Shown piece by piece: positions 22,401 through 31,821 of a DNA stretch of 56,154 nt. Location of the stretch: positions 1 to 56,154 of the IMG/VR virus record IMGVR_UViG_3300035322_000284. One strand, 5' to 3'. Within the stretch, counting starts at the first letter, position 1, and each line of letters begins with the position of its first letter. This DNA comes from a virus. Its lineage: Duplodnaviria; Caudoviricetes. Both the position numbers and the translations under genes were made by a program. The notes beneath the pieces were generated by a model. It was not told the DNA's origin. It made no database searches and saw nothing but the letters and a program-made list of their open reading frames with translations.

Positions 22401-25400
22401 TTGCTAACGATGACATCATAGTTATTGATGTGGATGATCCCAGCCGCTTCCTTAAAAAGCCCGTGGGGGAGATGACTACCCAACTGTGGCCTGAATATAC
22501 TGATGTAAATTATCTGGGAGTAAAAGATAGCAAAGACTATGCCTCAATTCCTAACTCAGGATATGTTAACAGTGCCAATGTAAACTTCCAGGCATACGAT
22601 ATTGGTAGCCTGCCCTCGTTGTTTGATCCCAGTATCAAAATACAACCCACTGGTGGACATACTATTCATATCGCTAGCAGTGAGAATTCAGACTGGAATG
22701 TATACGAGCTAATACCCACAAATGCTGATGTACAATTCCTAGCTAGACAAGATGACCGTACGAGTCTGTTCACAAACTATAGTTTGTTTAATTACATTGA
22801 CGGCAACATGATTGGCGAGGACGACACTGGCAGATACTTAGATTATTATCTGACTCTGCGTAACGCCGATGTATCAGACAACGTCATAGTATGGACTAAC
22901 GAAACAATCATAGAGCAAGCACAAAGTACAATTAGTGATCTTACTGCTCCCAGAATGATTGAAGCAAGAATTGCCAGTCTGGGCCCCAGCGAAGATAGCA
23001 TGAGACCATTTACTGATTATACGCCTGCCGGTGATAGCTTTTACCCCAATGTGGAAATGTCAGCAAGCGGTCTTGACCAGGGCGAAAACAGAATAATTGT
23101 TACTACTGCTTCTAATATTTCAGTAATACCCACAGAAAGTATATTATCAAGTACTGATCCAAGCACTGAAGATGTTGTGGTGCTTCCAACCGTCACTGGC
23201 GGGTCAGGCGCAAATATAGCAGTCACATGGAATAGTGTACAGGTAAACTCCAATTGGGAAAGCGAAGCAACCGGTGTTCTTATAATTGATGGTGGCGAGG
23301 GTTATGAAGTTGGTGATATAATTACCTTTGTGCCTGGCAACGTAATCACAGGAACACAAATAGCCAGAGTTACTGAAGTTACTGGTGTTGATACAGGATC
23401 ACAAGCTAGTAATGTAATTACCATTGGTAGAATACAAAATAGCACAATACTAGAAGGTGACGCAATTAGATTAGTCAATGGTGGTGGATACAGCACCGCG
23501 AGTGTGTTACAAAGCAATATTGATATAGATTTTGATAACCGCACCATTACATTTAATAATGTAAGCAACGCAGATGAGTTTGTGATACAAAATACATTGT
23601 ATATAAAAACAAATCCAAACTCTAATAGTATTGTAACCAGATACCCCTATACAATTTTAGATAACTCTGGCAACAGTGTTAAAGTTACTAGCACAAGTAT
23701 TACTAGTGCCGAGAGCATGAGTCAAATTGACATCGGAGACTTTGGATCTGTAAATACCATCAGAACACTAAATGTTTATGATTTAGGTGATCCTAGCAGA
23801 CCCAACGATGAAGATACTTATTATATTGCGTTTAACGTCAATACTAATAGTACTGGAACAACTACCTTACAGATTGAAAGACCCAATACATTTTATAACT
23901 ATCAGGATGTAACAAGCGAGTTTATAAATCTCAAGGTTGCTTCGGCCATAGGTGTACAAGCAAACGTCACAGGAAATGTGTTTACCGCAAGTGCTGATAG
24001 TATAAAAATTTCAGGATACAACGGCACCCTAAGCGCAATGAACGGTGTTTGGCCAATTATTAGTGTGGTACAAAATCCTTTTAATACCACAGAAGATATA
24101 ATCACCTTTAATACAATCAGAACCTTACCAGTGGGTGAGTATGCGCCACCTACCTCGGTGTATAGAACTGATACTTCACTAAATGTAAATCTAGTACATC
24201 TAAACAAAACTAGACTTGTAATGCCTGGCGTTAACGACGTCAACGTAGGCGATCAGATCAAAGTCATAGGCAATAATTTTAGTGGCACCTACAATGCTGA
24301 CAGTGTAATTATAGATCACAGTGATGACACAAATAACGATAGCTTTACTACCTATGTGGATATTCCTGCTCCGTACATATTTGATAATAATAGATCAGGT
24401 AATGTGTTGCTGGGCGGCTTAAAAATAACTACAACTAACCCACACGGTATTTCACCAGAGTACGCGGCACAAAACAAGCGTATTGGTGTACACTTTGCTT
24501 ACCCCAAAGCATATAACAGATTCTACAATGTTACTCGTGTAACCCCATATAATATCTATGTGAGCGAGGTGCTTACACAAAATGATGAAACTGTGGACTA
24601 CTACAGATACGAAACAGCAAGTGTAAGCAGAAATGATAATGTTTATGTTACTGCTAACAACCCTCTATTGACTAAAACCACAGCAACCTTTGCGAGTAAT
24701 TCCAGTGTTATTGCCCCCAACAATTTTACTGTGTCAGATGGAACCATAACATTTAATCAGGATATATTACCAGCGAGTAACGCATATATAACTGTTAATA
24801 TTATTCGTGAGATAAACAGAAGTTTTGACAGATATCCAGTTGTAACAACAATCGATCACAACAAGATTAGATTGAACGGTGTAAACTTTACAGTAAACAG
24901 TTACAACAATCCAGAGGCAATTGTAGAGAACATAAACCGCGCCGCTAGTTTAATGCGCGGCTGGTTAACACCTTCGGGATATGGCATGGAATTTAGTTTC
25001 CCCATGCTCAGGGATTATCGTACTCCAGTATTTGCTCCTGACGGCAGCCTGAGACCAGCACATACTATTAATAACTATGGTCCATACATTCGTGACAAGA
25101 ATACACTGGCTAGAATTGCTAGTGATCCTGACATTGAATCTGGTGTGCTAACACTTAGTAACCCCAGTGAACTAAGTCAAAATGAAAGTTTTAACCTGGG
25201 TGCTATTAAAATTGGTCCTACCCGTGGCGCCACATACTACGATACCGAACAAAAAGTATGGATGATATGGCTACAAGAAGGTCCCCTGGACACCCAAGGC
25301 GGGTATTATCCACTGGGAGTTTATTACGAAGATCAAAATCGTAAGGTACTGCCCAAGCGCAAAAAGATATTTAAAATTGTTCCCTCAGGGCATATAGAAA

Positions 25401-28400
25401 ATGGTCCTATACTGGATGTGATACCAGGCAGTTACCCCACAAGCCGAATCAACCCTCTGATACCAGGCCAAACACAATTTGAATATGATCTCAGAGCCGT
25501 TCAGCAATATGGTTTCCCAGCATTGTGGATTGACTCAAGTGGCACTGAAGTAATACCAGAAGATTTGGTCAGCATACAAGATGCTGACCGTGAAAGTGGT
25601 ACTGTTAACCTTTACCGCTATAGACTCAAGCCTAGCACACAGGGATATTACGAAGTCTATGAAATGGTGGAACTCACAAATGGTGAAGTAATTGGTATAA
25701 AGGTGGATAGCACACAGCCTCCGCTTACGCCACATAACTTTTATGGCACTCAAACAAACGCCGGAAACTTCTTTGGATTAGCTAGTAATAGCATTAACTT
25801 TGATACCAAAGTTAGCTTTAATTCAAGTGCTGTGGACTTGTACCCCAGTTACACCGGTGGTAGTATTGTGCTTGGTCCAGTAAGCCCTCCCACAGACATA
25901 GGCAAAACACTTATACCAGAACCCTACGCATTTAGACGCTCGGGTCGTACTCAGGGTAATGGAAGCGATAGTTTTCTTAATTGGGCTGGCTTGCCTGAAA
26001 TTAAGGTGGGATTCGATCTAGGTGTGAAGTTTGACGTCACTAGACCGGGTTTCGATCAATTTAACATCTGGCAACCAGGATTAATACCTGGTGAGAAAAA
26101 TCCTCCCACAGCAAATAACAATAGTGTGTCATTACCATTTGGCAAAGGCAGTGGTTATTATGCTACTGGTGATGGCAATGCCCCCGAAATGTTCCAGGTT
26201 ATTAGTTCATCAGAACAAATGACTGATGTCAATGATTACGCAAACATCACTATGGGGTGGGCAGACCCTAGACATTGTCCAGGAAATAATCCATTTGTTG
26301 TGTGTGATATACCTTCCGATACCACCGTGGAAAATGATTATCCCATAGTGGATACTACACTTGGCTGGGGTACACCACAGCAAAGATTTAAGTATAGCAA
26401 ACGATTTGTTATCGAAACAACCACAAGTAATAATCAAACACTGAACGACGAAGAAGATTTTGCGAACAGTAGTGTGTATTATGACACGCAAGAAACCAGA
26501 TATGCGTACAAGGTACCCAATGGTGACGGTGATGGCACAAACACAGTGTTTGTAAATGGAAATTATCCATCGCCCAGTGATAAGTCATTCAGGCCAGATG
26601 AAATATTTGTTGCTTGTTTCTGGACTGAGCGTTATCTATATAAAAATCAGATTGTGGGTTTTGGTCCTGATCCGCAGAATGCCGGTACCCGCAGACCCTT
26701 AATCAAAGATTACTATGGTACCATTACCAGATGTAAGTATATCAGAATGACTGAATTACCTCTGGATGCTGTATTAGTCAGACCTGAATGTGATACTGGT
26801 TGGGGCGGTGAAGATTATGTGTTTACACAGGGCGACGGAGAATATCAGGCAGATGATTCCACTGGAGAACAACTATTAGAGGAACCACCAGAGGAACGTG
26901 CTGGTTCAAGTGCTACACAAAATTACGAGGTTAACACTGGAGCTGAATATACTGGCGGTGTAAGTCCTGAAGACCCTAACGCTAATGAGGCCGGCGCATT
27001 TGATATTAATAATGTACAGGAACTACCGGGTGGCTATGAGTCACGCAATAATAACCTGGTTGAGCCCAGAGGTCAAAATGATGCCACACTACCTAATCCT
27101 GAAGCTGCCAGAGCTCCAGGTATAGGACTTGATGACATTAGTGCTGTAGCATTTAGACCCGCAGGTGAATTACCTGGTGATAATGGAGGTACCAATGTCA
27201 ATGAAAATCTTCAGCAGGGCACTGGGTTACAATATCCTACATTACAAAATACCAACGGAGGATCGAGTCCAGTATTTAATCCACCTCAGGTAATCCTGCC
27301 TGGCAAGTGTGATATTGTTTCCGGTCCAACATCATCTTCAACATTTACTGGAAATGGCAAATGTGATGGCGCACAAAGTACTGTGTTGGCATTTACTGCG
27401 TCAAATAATTATTATGGTATTACTACAACCGACGAGCAATGGCTAAGTATAAGCCCAGATACATCTTTACAGAAATTTGAATGGCATAACTTTGGCAAAG
27501 TTGCTAACAAATATGCTGGTAGTACCAGAGCGTGGGTAGAAATGGTATGTGATTTCCGTGATGACACACTGACTGCTGGTGGTGTAACACTAGTACAAAG
27601 TCCATACCCCTTTGGCAAATTGTCTGGAGGCCAATCATTTGATGCTAGAAATCCAGCACAGCAGGGTTTAATTAATAGATGGTGGCAGACAGCAACAGTG
27701 ATACCAAATCTAAATACTATATCTGGCGCGACACCCGAGGCCGCTATGCTACAATATGGCAAAGACAATTTTGTAGGTGGCCCACCAGGCAGAGCTACCG
27801 GAACTAATATCTCTAGTGTGAGAAGAATAGGTCTCAGCGCCGCTGATGGTGCAAATTTTACTATGAAACGACCTAGTGATTGGGGCACAGATAATTCTGT
27901 AGATTGGTTGACCAATGATGATATCATTGGTGGCACATCCAGTGGATCATTTGCTTCACATAACAGTGTTAAGGGTGCCCTGGCACTGAACGGTGAACTA
28001 GATTGTAGACAAGGTGATTACCTAATAGCATTTATACACATCGGCCATGGTAGCGGAAACGGCGGTACAGTAATACCCAGATACGACATGTACATCAGAT
28101 ATAATCACAACGTTAACGGTTATGGCGGTAGTGACGGCTCAGGTGTTGAAGCATGTGAAGGTGGATTTGCTCCAGAGTCTCAGAGCTATGTCAATGGCGC
28201 CACTGCCAAGGCATATAAATCACAAACAACTAGCTCCACAGATACGGCATATAAAACATCAACTGCTATGCGAGCAGGCACAACCTCATCTATATTGTTT
28301 AATAACTCCAGCGGTAAGGATCAAACAGGATTATTGGCCGAGGGCAGTAATCCCAGCTGGTTGTTTGATAACATATATTTCCCATACAATGGTCCAACCA

Positions 28401-28636
28401 GACAGGGTACAGCAGAATCTACAGCAACTAATCCTAATCTCAATGCTCTTTGTTGTGAACCTAGTCTGACACAAGGAACAACAGGGGTAGACGTATATAA
28501 TTCACCATATTGTAGAGCCTATAGAGCTGAAGGATTATGTGGCGACCGTAACGGTGGTGGTGGTTTTGGTGGCGGCAATGGCGGAGTCAGAGGTGCTGGC
28601 TCGCAAGGTGACGCATATGACTTCAATATTAGGTAA
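13472..28636 (+). CDS. Giant virion structural protein (5054 aa; gp7-like baseplate wedge N-part, with YHYH-like domain and beta-sandwich repeats)
   Basis: Coupled to gp6 by TAATG; core motifs EDKLVNYSEYYW, RAQRPIIEF, DTVRPHTHPWEMLGF, YDEWAVKVGDFG, IPNSGYV; repeated V-x-V-x3-G-x-G-Y modules; HSPIIGWALDGLPIYGP. Confidence 0.75.
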   Translation: MAHSGDDNQYKRLPAVLQTTAVKNFFEYTVDQLYSEANVETLNGFVGTPNWDGVRAEGAYIEEPTATKQAYSLSPTVNTISPETGEPETLIYYDEVVDILKTYGVDVRNQNKLFDAPYFTFSPPINEDKLVNYSEYYWAPPGANVSPAPITISGTLDSPVDVEDDILGKQYYVHYGETANTTFRNGMVVTFQGEYINPDDYSNVTFVVEGVGHEIDLVPFERNSTAPYDANAEPNYVVIERGAVNNNGWSRNNYWYHVNNWYDAGEVPPGREYRAQRPIIEFNHRLETFNQGTNYLQSVDIAVTTYNYNQVNGLPANVDIDGVNPANKTMIFPAEGPERAPYVYLGVPYDTETIAVAYGNEAYPGNVSAVLQVEIAGEPGQGYVDKIVVIDEGKGYVPMDTEIVILTDAPVEQDALAVGTVYKGVETGTTSVTITNAGSGYQSNTIILNFTTDKPTGTEEQPVAIPTLNANGELTQINIVTRGDDYDYDANIGIEILGPNSSPAIATVAVTESYLNNVTVVNQGKGYTQFGSIVLEPVANVSVGDSVLITEGNTQTGNEYYYAPEGWVLADTKRSSNDTPLFVMYDDTGTRLDDDAKYPQSDFAGNKIFSYATPDDIDDEPAATLTTTLTKDPVLGFPLVFRPFKAASEIVFTNNLEHDKYTYTPLGSEESEDILGYNFYHLLPEVGEAKEDFFPYWKPSDKPFNQAIVSRYPLSQIEIDRNIRDFFIGCVPNPASYNFSGVDVKMYLNGKPVKGFTLNTDVEGFIIVDDNVVFVAGDYVEIVAYSDTGLLSLESASKYELPIGWDRNIFKEDIRFTSEPEYLEHFKTQIESQIGFVGEPLGQNNYQSTAQDTSYATEIVQSDSDVILAGYLLDDQPHNLVDALRFNAGEYGKYKARLKKTINDYFASNGIDENNIDRTLELILREVIAFRVGKNVFNRTYVVPFGDNYFEEQQIVGTNQDEIILDSYLDLSLIEHSLLVFATGQGSLFTDMLVVDRDYVISNYNPITITLIGDYLGSTITTKLYTAERDSAQCPPTPSVLGIYPLFQPEIILDTTFETPQSVLVGHDGSRTATYGDARDQLLLDFEQRIYNAAKKEFREANSLPELNFFDIRPGEFRNTGFSYVEWYNLMRYHFSTWAGINNVDPITNEFYDATDPWTWNYRGYSDTYPGNWRGLYEYYYDTVRPHTHPWEMLGFTEKPLWWASEYGTDYGSGNDAMWNDLESGIIRQGPRENLTQDLWKLETNPYARPYLFEYLPVDALGDLIEPNTLPSGITTTSVEYESDFVNPSLYPVFSASFINTQIQPNEIFPGIELSASGANVYIESAGILNYEAPPGRFEPQPFSVNLPNEVTFGPSTMPQGNSLLTGGLVGISVNGIALINSKSGRTPDANSNWNYNEVFDGKYDYINPGKYDSSGGYQYYIIPPKLFGWEEFPENKHSPIIGWALDGLPIYGPIGYAHYNDDGTIANNVIVNIKSPFRLRSTRNYPGSPGGAPTGLFVEDYEIDPVLVGTLGYAGSRHELYKILPGDETPPPDYPSNMGTQFAIRYGVTPESPTTPQWFYVQCQDDDGNPMFPYACGGGIQTHPEPFPVGNKNIYDNQFFGTPNDQGGVFQVTVTDCGYGYTGVAGIRFEGDGENAQGYSTIKSGAIRNIVVVSQGKNYDWQNTTINILGDGTGASCEPIVIDGRITGVKMTNFGEGYTFATPIISQIAGQDGTFPGQFAELTIPTVAEDPANGIVNNAVTDVTVTSSGYGYTFVNVIIEPVVGPQPPVLNPVLGFSAQAVATLETAFDNSVGNGYVDPNATPILISEIIEVINVDQDLKSSSWRYSDGAPVENAWKYSENYPFAVAEGLLLGQPAQFATQFADPTKLYRTEIDSRQQLCTVTRERWQFTDPAQFRIHGERDTEGNFLTNIGYTQFTNSWLAFQGLDTNIEFAPQIRTINMRLSHRMSGYVDKDTMTVRTDQYSATGTTPSLIIPQDNINIQIHSSPYKSRNFYTGVVIEKAVGGYKVRGYDRSVGTFPTLKINKFSDSRALNVGGEPAPYSIWERNNFYKKLSIVEYRGAYYQAPKNLTTGADFDSRIWTRIPSLPQINAASAEVWSKYLNQVDFVPYETLLKTPQEVVDLLMSLGAWQKNAGYDFEGFDYNTGDTIDWTHASKQFLFWTTGKWEIGNTLELSPMAGGATFKAPRGFIAKLNRIDRNQFTILDADGSAITPESCEIIRLDDYIQIKPPAGTQIYGVLVFVKEIEHAMTLENRTDFNDIIYDPVLHQYQTRVKIKGKRTANWSGKFTSEGFIILDDELKPNLDNLAQSMGRYHELGFIPVEKQVYESARALFGYQSRDYMRDLDILDDQQFDFYKGFLQSKGTQTSMTRIGESNSIIIDGQITVYDEWAVKVGDFGDVESQQAIEFKLDRSNVTSDPQLVTMVFPEDVTGVVDRIDIINRNNTYQATPAVFISPPLVANGLPAPGGRQATAKAYLKTDGKIDYIEVTDKGRGYEFATANIITQGDNSNGSGTDIEFTQAVAQGGLSDQAWAEQPINGNCYIKTSGSSITFNQMKLTDDGFLYSTSNVSLFTSSTEQSFVVGETITFSGLSGTVCRDDNLICANMGNLNGTWTITGTEQTLAGTTVEFDTNNKVGYAATYGVNITYTLDTLTKFVFDDVYYHEANILVTPFEFGGSAIEDIINAETSNTGVTASMYASHVPNDRQPGQTGSDVIDWYTLILRSDTEFELLEETPSNVWSEQFHINTGTYTNQQRWAIDVASGTQAEDITVYVNGQIIDQCKYFEVNSEGAVTGNCEVYNWNYLPGGDYTGTANVALVDQTLVYTQGNANIVFLSTYDAMPWAPADFDDTSSGVRLNNDYPFLDLMIGNILIEPSILEYANVSNVLTPVWRTVWSVDSTNPGMISVYTKYLPQSLVDANTSYLRADLSIELLEQSSIQFTEDFNGDIYNSNISIDVSADDDLLVKIGRERTYEITKDIANDDIIVIDVDDPSRFLKKPVGEMTTQLWPEYTDVNYLGVKDSKDYASIPNSGYVNSANVNFQAYDIGSLPSLFDPSIKIQPTGGHTIHIASSENSDWNVYELIPTNADVQFLARQDDRTSLFTNYSLFNYIDGNMIGEDDTGRYLDYYLTLRNADVSDNVIVWTNETIIEQAQSTISDLTAPRMIEARIASLGPSEDSMRPFTDYTPAGDSFYPNVEMSASGLDQGENRIIVTTASNISVIPTESILSSTDPSTEDVVVLPTVTGGSGANIAVTWNSVQVNSNWESEATGVLIIDGGEGYEVGDIITFVPGNVITGTQIARVTEVTGVDTGSQASNVITIGRIQNSTILEGDAIRLVNGGGYSTASVLQSNIDIDFDNRTITFNNVSNADEFVIQNTLYIKTNPNSNSIVTRYPYTILDNSGNSVKVTSTSITSAESMSQIDIGDFGSVNTIRTLNVYDLGDPSRPNDEDTYYIAFNVNTNSTGTTTLQIERPNTFYNYQDVTSEFINLKVASAIGVQANVTGNVFTASADSIKISGYNGTLSAMNGVWPIISVVQNPFNTTEDIITFNTIRTLPVGEYAPPTSVYRTDTSLNVNLVHLNKTRLVMPGVNDVNVGDQIKVIGNNFSGTYNADSVIIDHSDDTNNDSFTTYVDIPAPYIFDNNRSGNVLLGGLKITTTNPHGISPEYAAQNKRIGVHFAYPKAYNRFYNVTRVTPYNIYVSEVLTQNDETVDYYRYETASVSRNDNVYVTANNPLLTKTTATFASNSSVIAPNNFTVSDGTITFNQDILPASNAYITVNIIREINRSFDRYPVVTTIDHNKIRLNGVNFTVNSYNNPEAIVENINRAASLMRGWLTPSGYGMEFSFPMLRDYRTPVFAPDGSLRPAHTINNYGPYIRDKNTLARIASDPDIESGVLTLSNPSELSQNESFNLGAIKIGPTRGATYYDTEQKVWMIWLQEGPLDTQGGYYPLGVYYEDQNRKVLPKRKKIFKIVPSGHIENGPILDVIPGSYPTSRINPLIPGQTQFEYDLRAVQQYGFPALWIDSSGTEVIPEDLVSIQDADRESGTVNLYRYRLKPSTQGYYEVYEMVELTNGEVIGIKVDSTQPPLTPHNFYGTQTNAGNFFGLASNSINFDTKVSFNSSAVDLYPSYTGGSIVLGPVSPPTDIGKTLIPEPYAFRRSGRTQGNGSDSFLNWAGLPEIKVGFDLGVKFDVTRPGFDQFNIWQPGLIPGEKNPPTANNNSVSLPFGKGSGYYATGDGNAPEMFQVISSSEQMTDVNDYANITMGWADPRHCPGNNPFVVCDIPSDTTVENDYPIVDTTLGWGTPQQRFKYSKRFVIETTTSNNQTLNDEEDFANSSVYYDTQETRYAYKVPNGDGDGTNTVFVNGNYPSPSDKSFRPDEIFVACFWTERYLYKNQIVGFGPDPQNAGTRRPLIKDYYGTITRCKYIRMTELPLDAVLVRPECDTGWGGEDYVFTQGDGEYQADDSTGEQLLEEPPEERAGSSATQNYEVNTGAEYTGGVSPEDPNANEAGAFDINNVQELPGGYESRNNNLVEPRGQNDATLPNPEAARAPGIGLDDISAVAFRPAGELPGDNGGTNVNENLQQGTGLQYPTLQNTNGGSSPVFNPPQVILPGKCDIVSGPTSSSTFTGNGKCDGAQSTVLAFTASNNYYGITTTDEQWLSISPDTSLQKFEWHNFGKVANKYAGSTRAWVEMVCDFRDDTLTAGGVTLVQSPYPFGKLSGGQSFDARNPAQQGLINRWWQTATVIPNLNTISGATPEAAMLQYGKDNFVGGPPGRATGTNISSVRRIGLSAADGANFTMKRPSDWGTDNSVDWLTNDDIIGGTSSGSFASHNSVKGALALNGELDCRQGDYLIAFIHIGHGSGNGGTVIPRYDMYIRYNHNVNGYGGSDGSGVEACEGGFAPESQSYVNGATAKAYKSQTTSSTDTAYKTSTAMRAGTTSSILFNNSSGKDQTGLLAEGSNPSWLFDNIYFPYNGPTRQGTAESTATNPNLNALCCEPSLTQGTTGVDVYNSPYCRAYRAEGLCGDRNGGGGFGGGNGGVRGAGSQGDAYDFNIR

Positions 28637-28656
28637 GTATAACAAAGGAATATATA

Positions 28657-31600
28657 ATGGCATTAACACCTCCCAACAATAACAAAGGTGATTTTAACAC
28701 CACAAACACCGCGCCCGTGCCCTGGGAGGAAGTTGCGAGTACCAATCATGAAGTCATTGACAGAAATGATATGCCGTTTGCCAGCACTGTGGAATACAAA
28801 GGATACTACAAAGCCACAGCCACAGGTAACCACACCTTTGCCCTGTCAGGTCCATCCAACGTCACAGGATATAGTTGGTTAAGTAGCGCACCCCGCAATA
28901 GCGATCATATTCAGACAAGTCAGTCTGACGTTGTGTCACTGGCGTTTTCAAAATCTTATGGCATTATTATACCTAACTCACGAGGTAGCTATTGGCCATT
29001 CGAGGACAGAAACGTCATAGGCACAAGTTTTATAGGTTACGGATATTGGCCTCAGAGTGGTTACGGTAATTCTTCTGGATTTAATGGAATATATTCAGGC
29101 AGTGACGCGCCCAGTACTGCCTGTGGTTATACTGGTAACCAAGCGCCATCGCATCAGTACTTGATACCAGGCGATATCAGAACATATGGTCCAAATTATC
29201 CAACATTTGAGAACAAACAAGCTGGCCCAGGTTGGCAGGGTCCTGAAGATCCTAACTTTACAAATCCATGCTGGACTGGCTCGCCCAGTGCCAGCACACC
29301 CAGACCCCTAGTGAGATTAAGGAACACCGATAATCCCGACTTTGATACTAACGCAACACCAAGGACAATGGGCAAAACTTCACAGATATTTTTAGATAAC
29401 AGTTTTAAAGCTGAAGGTATATCTAATGAAAGCTGGGCTACATTTGAAAGAACTGACACACAGGGTGACCATGTGTTTGTTTGGCCTTCTGAAGTTAATG
29501 TATATAGAACTGGCCAGGGCAAATCCAGACCCGAGCGTGTAAACATACGTTTTGGATTAAGATTCTCTAAAACCGACGCTTATACATTTGAATTTAAAAC
29601 TCGTGACAGTTTAAAAATCTGGTCGGGTGTTAACGTCAGCGATGCTAGAAATTTTGATAAGTTTGAACCCACTAGTGGTATAAATCCCTGTAACCGAAAC
29701 AGTGGTAATACGTCTGGTACTGGATGGAGACCCGGTGGATGGAATCCAAGTTCACAGGATTATGGTGAATTTTCGGGATCAGTACAAGTTTCTAAAAACC
29801 AAAGTATACAAATTTTGGGACACGCAAGCGGAGTTCCTGGTAATTCAACCCATGGCTTTAGTTTAGTTGTTAAAGATTCCGAAGGCAACACAGTATGGAC
29901 AACTGAGAAATTGCTTACTGGATCCAATCAGGGATTGGTGGGAATCGACGAGTGTGGCTATCATGCCTTGTTGTCCAACCAGGACCGCATACCCGAAGTA
30001 AACAGAAGAGAATTTTACAAAGATGACGGCTGGTTGGGCTATACTAACACAGACGTATTCCGTGCTGATGACATAGCTGGCGATTCCATAGCCAGGGACC
30101 CTTCAACCACTAGACAATATCTCTGGAGTAACGCCATTGCTAAAACCCGTGGAAGTGAAAGTATACCTGGTTCGGTGTACCTCAGACAAGGCGATTACTA
30201 TTTTATCAGAACTATTATTAGTAATCATGAAAATAAAAGTGCGAATTACAGATTTACCGTAACATCGCCCACAGGGGGCATTGCCCAGAGTGTAAAATTT
30301 AGTGGCAATGGAGATCCTAACAGTGATACTGGTGTGGGCGGCAACAACGGGGGCAACGGTGTTCCCATTAGTCCTGACGCACTTTGTGACAGTGTACTAG
30401 CTCCGGGCGGCGTAGCCATAGGCAACAACGATGTAAACTTTGCTGTGATTAATCGCTTTAATATAGTGCTTAATTTAAATGATTTGAATGTTAGTGATTA
30501 TGAAATAGGCAGAGAAGGACAGGCAGAAAGTTTACCAGGCGGTCAGGGCACTGCTGACCCAGGCTCTAAAAATGTTAAATTTGATGATGGTCCAGGCAAC
30601 GCTTTAAACATCACTATTTCCAGACTTGTCAGAGGCGGTCAGGATGGTCTAGCTGAATTAACTCAGGCTGAAAGCCAAGCTGTAGACGCTACCTATACCA
30701 GACAACTGGCAGAAAATAAAGTTCTGAATTTTAATACGTTTAGAAGCGCCATTAGTAGCCAGGCAGTTATACAATGGGGCTTTGGCGGTAACTATCCCTA
30801 CATATATCACGCAGTGAGTGAGGTTATTGCTAGTATTTGTACAGGTGTAGAGCTTGAATCTTCCCAGGCAGACGGCTCACCCGCACCTCAGAGCCAATCG
30901 CCGCTACCGGCTCAAAATGTTATTACTGAACCTGATACTGGTCTGAATGCTGGAGGAAATAACAATCAAACTTGCGTAGAACTTAACCTATCACAAATTA
31001 ATTCTAGTGCCGCACAAATAACAAATGAGTGTTTTGATGAATGTAAAACACCACAAGAATATGAACCGCTTTTGTCTCAATACAAGAAAAATGCGGGTGA
31101 TTATAGTGGAACAGCACCAGGGTACTATGATATGATCCAAGTACAATCTGCTTGGGGTATGAGAAACCGATTTGAAGATTTTACTCCGTCGGTTGCAGGT
31201 TATGGCAGAGCTTCAAACATAGCAATCACTGAGAATATAAAATTTCCACCAGGTGTTATTACTAGTGTACCATTCACAGTACCAGATGTATTTTTTCCAG
31301 ATAACTTCCTAGATCAAACACTGGATGCTAGTTTTGGAACAGAAGTAAGCACTAATACGTCTGTGTACAATCCAAACAATGCTTCGGGTGAAACAGGTTC
31401 TCTCAGACCATATCTGGCATGTTGGATAAGTAATTATGCTGGTGGCCCACCTTTGGGATTAATTCAGCTGCAACAAATGCCAAGCGGCAGAACATTTGTG
31501 ACCAGATTTACCGCAAATTATGACCAATTTATAGAACAGCCAGAAAAATACATAGGATATACTGGTAACATATATGGTGTTAAATTTATTAACTTTGCCA

Positions 31601-31821
31601 CATTGGACATTGCTAAAATTCAAGCCACAAATTTTGCTATACCAAACATAGGTTCTCAAGGGTTTATAGACAATTTCAGTGCCATAGGATACTCTAGTGA
31701 AAAGCTTGTGTTGGTGGGTTATTTGCCAGTGCCTGACTGTAGTAATCAGTCCAAGGGATCACAGAATAATAGTAACAGAAGCGCACCCGACATGCGCAAC
31801 ATTAATGGAGGGTCCGTATAA
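28657..31821 (+). CDS. PA14-like domain-containing virion-associated protein (1054 aa)
   Basis: YKGYYKATATGNHTFAL and GSVYLRQGDYYFIR PA14-type strands; AAGGA RBS 28645-28649; C-terminal WISNYAGGPP...FINFA module. Confidence 0.6.
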   Translation: MALTPPNNNKGDFNTTNTAPVPWEEVASTNHEVIDRNDMPFASTVEYKGYYKATATGNHTFALSGPSNVTGYSWLSSAPRNSDHIQTSQSDVVSLAFSKSYGIIIPNSRGSYWPFEDRNVIGTSFIGYGYWPQSGYGNSSGFNGIYSGSDAPSTACGYTGNQAPSHQYLIPGDIRTYGPNYPTFENKQAGPGWQGPEDPNFTNPCWTGSPSASTPRPLVRLRNTDNPDFDTNATPRTMGKTSQIFLDNSFKAEGISNESWATFERTDTQGDHVFVWPSEVNVYRTGQGKSRPERVNIRFGLRFSKTDAYTFEFKTRDSLKIWSGVNVSDARNFDKFEPTSGINPCNRNSGNTSGTGWRPGGWNPSSQDYGEFSGSVQVSKNQSIQILGHASGVPGNSTHGFSLVVKDSEGNTVWTTEKLLTGSNQGLVGIDECGYHALLSNQDRIPEVNRREFYKDDGWLGYTNTDVFRADDIAGDSIARDPSTTRQYLWSNAIAKTRGSESIPGSVYLRQGDYYFIRTIISNHENKSANYRFTVTSPTGGIAQSVKFSGNGDPNSDTGVGGNNGGNGVPISPDALCDSVLAPGGVAIGNNDVNFAVINRFNIVLNLNDLNVSDYEIGREGQAESLPGGQGTADPGSKNVKFDDGPGNALNITISRLVRGGQDGLAELTQAESQAVDATYTRQLAENKVLNFNTFRSAISSQAVIQWGFGGNYPYIYHAVSEVIASICTGVELESSQADGSPAPQSQSPLPAQNVITEPDTGLNAGGNNNQTCVELNLSQINSSAAQITNECFDECKTPQEYEPLLSQYKKNAGDYSGTAPGYYDMIQVQSAWGMRNRFEDFTPSVAGYGRASNIAITENIKFPPGVITSVPFTVPDVFFPDNFLDQTLDASFGTEVSTNTSVYNPNNASGETGSLRPYLACWISNYAGGPPLGLIQLQQMPSGRTFVTRFTANYDQFIEQPEKYIGYTGNIYGVKFINFATLDIAKIQATNFAIPNIGSQGFIDNFSAIGYSSEKLVLVGYLPVPDCSNQSKGSQNNSNRSAPDMRNINGGSV

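Noticed and set aside
28632-28639. GGTAAGTA as a late promoter for 28657
   Set aside because: Two mismatches to GATAAATA and no upstream TTAAT element; the gene has an SD and can be read from the upstream operon, so support is insufficient
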